The notes under the pieces were generated by a model. It saw nothing but the letters and a program-made list of their open reading frames with translations, made no database searches and was not told where the DNA came from. From a virus (taxonomy: Duplodnaviria > Caudoviricetes): DNA of 27,457 nt. Location of the stretch: positions 1 to 27,457 of IMG/VR virus record IMGVR_UViG_3300038809_000013; one strand, 5' to 3'. Positions 24,660 to 27,457 of the stretch are shown piece after piece (position 1 is the first letter of the stretch; every line of letters starts with the position of its first letter). The translations under genes and the position numbers were made by a program.

Positions 24660-24893
24660 ATGAAAATGGAAAAAATCACTACCGGTTTATCTTATGGCGC
24701 ATCAGGCGGTGGTGCCGCTTTCTGGTTCACCCGTTTACTCGACGGATATACACCAGAGCAGTGGGCGGCAATCGGAGTGCTGGGCGGTCTATGCTTTGCG
24801 TTCCTCACATGGCTGATGAACCTTTATTTCAAAATCCGTGAAGATCGCCGTAAGGAAAGGTTGGGGAGACTTGCAGATGAGCAAGCTGAATAA
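24660..24893 (+). CDS. Class II (phage 21 S-like) pinholin with Met-Lys-Met dual start
   Basis: [17 protein letters not shown]...[29 protein letters not shown]; starts at 24660 and 24666. Confidence 0.9.
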   Translation: MKMEKITTGLSYGASGGGAAFWFTRLLDGYTPEQWAAIGVLGGLCFAFLTWLMNLYFKIREDRRKERLGRLADEQAE

Positions 24894-25392
24894 AGCAGGT
24901 GCCACTGGCGCCGTCTGTTCCGTGATGGCGATCATTGGCCTGGTGCTGTCGAGCGGTGAAGTGAAAACCAGTCAGGCTGGGCTTGAGCTGATCGGTAACG
25001 CCGAGGGCTGTCGCCGGGACCCGTACAAATGCCCGGCTGATGTTTGGACTGATGGCATTGGCAACACGCACGGTGTTAAACCTGGGTTGCGCAAAACCGA
25101 TCAACAGATAGCGGCGGACTGGAAAAAGAACATCCTGGCGGCTGAGCAGTGCGTTATCCGCAATGCGGCAGGCGACAGGCTTTCTCTTGGGGCTTTCGAT
25201 GCCGCGGTGAGCATCACGTTTAACGCCGGCTGCGCAACCATGCAGAAGTCGACCATGTTCCGCCTGTTCCGCCAAGGCGATACGGCTGCAGCCTGCGAGC
25301 AGTTCCCACGCTGGGTTTATGCGAGCGGTGTGAAACTGAATGGTCTGGTGATCCGGCGGGACAAGGAGCGAGCACTATGCCTGGCAAAATAA
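24877..25392 (+). CDS. SAR endolysin, GH24, P1 Lyz-like
   Basis: Gly/Ala-rich SAR helix containing Cys14; E43-G-C45...C52...T58; [14 protein letters not shown]. Confidence 0.9.
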   Translation: MSKLNKAGATGAVCSVMAIIGLVLSSGEVKTSQAGLELIGNAEGCRRDPYKCPADVWTDGIGNTHGVKPGLRKTDQQIAADWKKNILAAEQCVIRNAAGDRLSLGAFDAAVSITFNAGCATMQKSTMFRLFRQGDTAAACEQFPRWVYASGVKLNGLVIRRDKERALCLAK

Positions 25393-25751
25393 CATCGGCG
25401 GTGGTGATCCTGCTGGCACTGGCGGCCATTGTCGGCGCTGGCGCATGGCTGGCAGGCCGACATTACCAACCGACAATTGACCGAATCAACGAGGCGCTGA
25501 CGCAGTGCAGGGACGCCGGGCGGCAGCAGTCTGCAACAATCACCAGCCAGAACGCTGGCATTGAAGCGTTACGGCGCGCTGATGCTATGCGTGAGTCAAA
25601 GGCCAAGGCCGAGCAGGAGAAAGCCAACAGGGAAGCGCAGGGCGATTACAGCAAGGCTAATGCCGTTTTATCTGAGCGCACCACTGGCGAAGTATGCGCT
25701 GCGGCTTCAGCGGCATTTGACGAAGAACTGCATCGGGAGCGGACAAAGTGA
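25377..25751 (+). CDS. Inner-membrane spanin (Rz-like)
   Basis: N-terminal TM helix plus coiled-coil-like body, after endolysin. Confidence 0.75.
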   Translation: MPGKITSAVVILLALAAIVGAGAWLAGRHYQPTIDRINEALTQCRDAGRQQSATITSQNAGIEALRRADAMRESKAKAEQEKANREAQGDYSKANAVLSERTTGEVCAAASAAFDEELHRERTK

Positions 25752-26008
25752 AAAAGTTGATCGTGGGTTGTGTGCTGGCGCTGTCCGGTTGTGCTGGTGC
25801 ATCGCCGGCACCGTCTTACGTTGAAGTTAAAGTCCCGGTCGCCGTACCGTGCAGAACTGCCGACGTTGCGCGCCCGGCGTTCGCTGTTGACCAGTTGCCT
25901 ATCGGTGCTAATATCGACGTCCAGATGCGAGCGCTACGCGCCGAGCGTCACCAGCGGATCGGTTATGAAAGAGAGTTAATCGCCGCTAACGAAGCGTGCA
26001 AAAATTGA
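25748..26008 (+). CDS. Outer-membrane lipoprotein spanin (Rz1-like)
   Basis: Lipobox LSGC; VEVKVPVAVPC Pro-rich motif; GTGA overlap. Confidence 0.8.
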   Translation: MKKLIVGCVLALSGCAGASPAPSYVEVKVPVAVPCRTADVARPAFAVDQLPIGANIDVQMRALRAERHQRIGYERELIAANEACKN

Positions 26009-26023
26009 GCTGCTTTTTCTGGT

Positions 26024-26088
26024 GACGGTATAAAAGACGGTATCCAATTTCAATGCGACGAATAACCAACTATAAAATCAATTGGTTA
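26024..26088. promoter_or_regulatory. Integrase arm-type repeats and IHF site
   Basis: GACGGTAT at 26024-26031 and 26036-26043; AATCAA-ttgg-TTA at 26076-26088 fits WATCAANNNNTTR. Confidence 0.7.
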
Positions 26089-26103
26089 CGCTTGTTGTAA
26101 ATA

Positions 26104-26119
26104 ATTGAGTGGGAATGAT
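26104..26119 (+). other. att core: duplicated 3' end of guaA (ATT GAG TGG GAA TGA = I-E-W-E-stop)
   Basis: GuaA proteins end ...TIEWE; epsilon15-like phages integrate at guaA; site separates phage lysis genes from host DNA. Confidence 0.85.
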
Positions 26120-26152
26120 GAACCGCTAATCACTGACTATCAGTGATGATTT

Positions 26153-26196
26153 AAAAACCCCCGTTGCGGCTATGCTGTGCGGGGGTTTTCTTTTTT
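26153..26196 (+). terminator. Host terminator, probably the original guaA terminator
   Basis: AAAACCCCCG...CGGGGGTTTT followed by T-run. Confidence 0.75.
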
Positions 26197-26517
26197 CCGA
26201 CGCCCACAAAATATTCCCTTTGCGCGCCTCCTTGTATTCATTTTGGTTATACCAAAGATCCCTTTTTTGATTATTCCCTGATATCAGCACAGCCCTATAC
26301 TCGATCAATCCCTGCTCTCTGGAAAACCTGCCCCTGCAGCGCTACCCAGTAAAATACCAGGGTATGCATAAGCTTCGGAACTGGCAGAAGGTAAATTATT
26401 ACTAATCAGTATGTTGACACCATTTCATTCACCGGTTAATCCCGGGCTGTGCAGCCGGTGGTGGCGTGCTTTTCATGATGCAAGGTAATACAAAAACAAG
26501 AAAAGAGGATTTTTGCC

Positions 26518-27457
26518 ATGAACAAACAATCCGTCACCGACATTGTCGATCAAAGCCCGATCGGTGGTTTGCAGATAATGACGCTGCTCTTGTGTTTTAT
26601 TGTATTGATGATTAATGGTCTGGATGCCAGCGCGATGGGTTATATCGCCCCTGAATTGGCTCAAGAATGGGGGATTGATCGCGCCGAGTTGGGCCCGGCT
26701 TTCGCGGCAGGTCTGTTCGGCATGTTACTCGGCAGTTTCATTTGTGGCCCCGCGGCGGACCGTTATGGGCGCAAAACGGTGTTGCTGATCTGCTCGGTTA
26801 TCGTCGCTTTAGGCACCCTGGGTTATGCCTTTTCCTCATCGATTACCGTGCTTGTGGCACTGCGGTTGCTGACTGGCATGGGACTAGGCGGCGTATTGCC
26901 CGGTTGCATTACTCTGGTGTCAGAGTATTCGCCCATTCGCTGGCGCATGTTGCTGGTCACCTTGAGCTTTTCCGGTTTTACCCTGGGTATGGCGCTCGGC
27001 GGCTGGGTGGCCGACTTGCTGCTGCCGGTGCTGGGCTGGAGAGGCCTGCTCTTTGTGGGCAGTATCGCTCCTTTGGTGATGCTGCCAGTGCTGTATTTCA
27101 TGCTCCCTGAGTCGATCTGTTTCCTGGCCAACAGGCCGCAACAGAGAGCTAAATTACTGCGGATCGTCGAGCGGATTGGCGGCCATAGGAAGTGGCAGGA
27201 CGTAATCTTTACCGACGGTATGGACAGAAAGCCCGGCGAAAAAAACCTGCAGCTGTCTCCCGTGGCGGCGCTATTTTCTGAAGGGCGAACCGAGCGTACG
27301 CTGCTACTCTGGCTGACCTTTTTCTGCTGCTTATTCTCGTTCTACCTGTTGAGCAATTGGCTACCCACGGTATTGCGCAGCAGCGGCTTTGACGCTCGGA
27401 TGGCCTTACATGTTGCCGCAATGCTGCCGCTGGGGGGCATGATCGGTGGCATCATCA
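26518..27457 (+). CDS. MFS transporter, aromatic acid:H+ symporter family (PcaK/BenK-like), 3' truncated by window
   Basis: Not in ORF track (no stop in window); RBS AGAGGA; MNKQSVTDIVDQSPIGGLQI...GPAADRYGRK...LRLLTGMGLGG...LVSEYSP...LPESICFL...LSNWLPTVL. Confidence 0.92.
   Translation, partial: MNKQSVTDIVDQSPIGGLQIMTLLLCFIVLMINGLDASAMGYIAPELAQEWGIDRAELGPAFAAGLFGMLLGSFICGPAADRYGRKTVLLICSVIVALGTLGYAFSSSITVLVALRLLTGMGLGGVLPGCITLVSEYSPIRWRMLLVTLSFSGFTLGMALGGWVADLLLPVLGWRGLLFVGSIAPLVMLPVLYFMLPESICFLANRPQQRAKLLRIVERIGGHRKWQDVIFTDGMDRKPGEKNLQLSPVAALFSEGRTERTLLLWLTFFCCLFSFYLLSNWLPTVLRSSGFDARMALHVAAMLPLGGMIGGII

Larger units (their letters stand above)
1..26119 (+). mobile_element. Prophage (epsilon15/phiV10/SPC32H-like temperate podovirus), right part, integrated at guaA 3' end; left boundary outside window
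   Basis: Gene order terS-terL-portal-scaffold-MCP-tail adaptor/nozzle-ejection proteins-tailspike-lysis; att core with arm repeats at 26024-26119; host-type transporter follows. Confidence 0.95.

Noticed and set aside
26126-27421. Short ORFs listed right of att
   Set aside because: They overlap the terminator/intergenic DNA or are alternative frames of the MFS gene starting at 26518

Overview
Positions 1-~26119 are the right-hand, late-gene part of an integrated temperate podophage of the epsilon15/phiV10/SPC32H/BPP-1 type in an enterobacterial chromosome. It carries terS-terL, portal, scaffold, major capsid and cement proteins, T7-like tail adaptor and nozzle, a GNAT-like protein plus three ejection proteins, a moron/antirepressor island (18.4-21.7 kb), a tailspike with two small accessory genes, and a pinholin/SAR-endolysin/spanin cassette. 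The prophage ends at an att site that duplicates the guaA 3' end (I-E-W-E-stop), with arm repeats and an IHF site; a host AAHS-type MFS transporter follows and runs off the window. The most notable signals are: (i) a two-tier antirepressor module, made of an SPC32H-Ant-like gene behind a one-base-defective LexA box and a Rha-Ant fusion behind a complete c4 antisense-RNA switch; (ii) five copies of a 17-bp ATTACCA-N4-GGTAAT operator spread across the late region; (iii) three coding lesions hidden from the ORF track (a 22-bp duplication and two nonsense codons), all in non-structural genes; (iv) a C-terminal QRSxADxLYG peptide shared by the scaffold and the gp10-like protein; (v) a G7 tract that would fuse the tailspike to the next ORF. 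Family assignments come from motif recognition and recall, not database searches.
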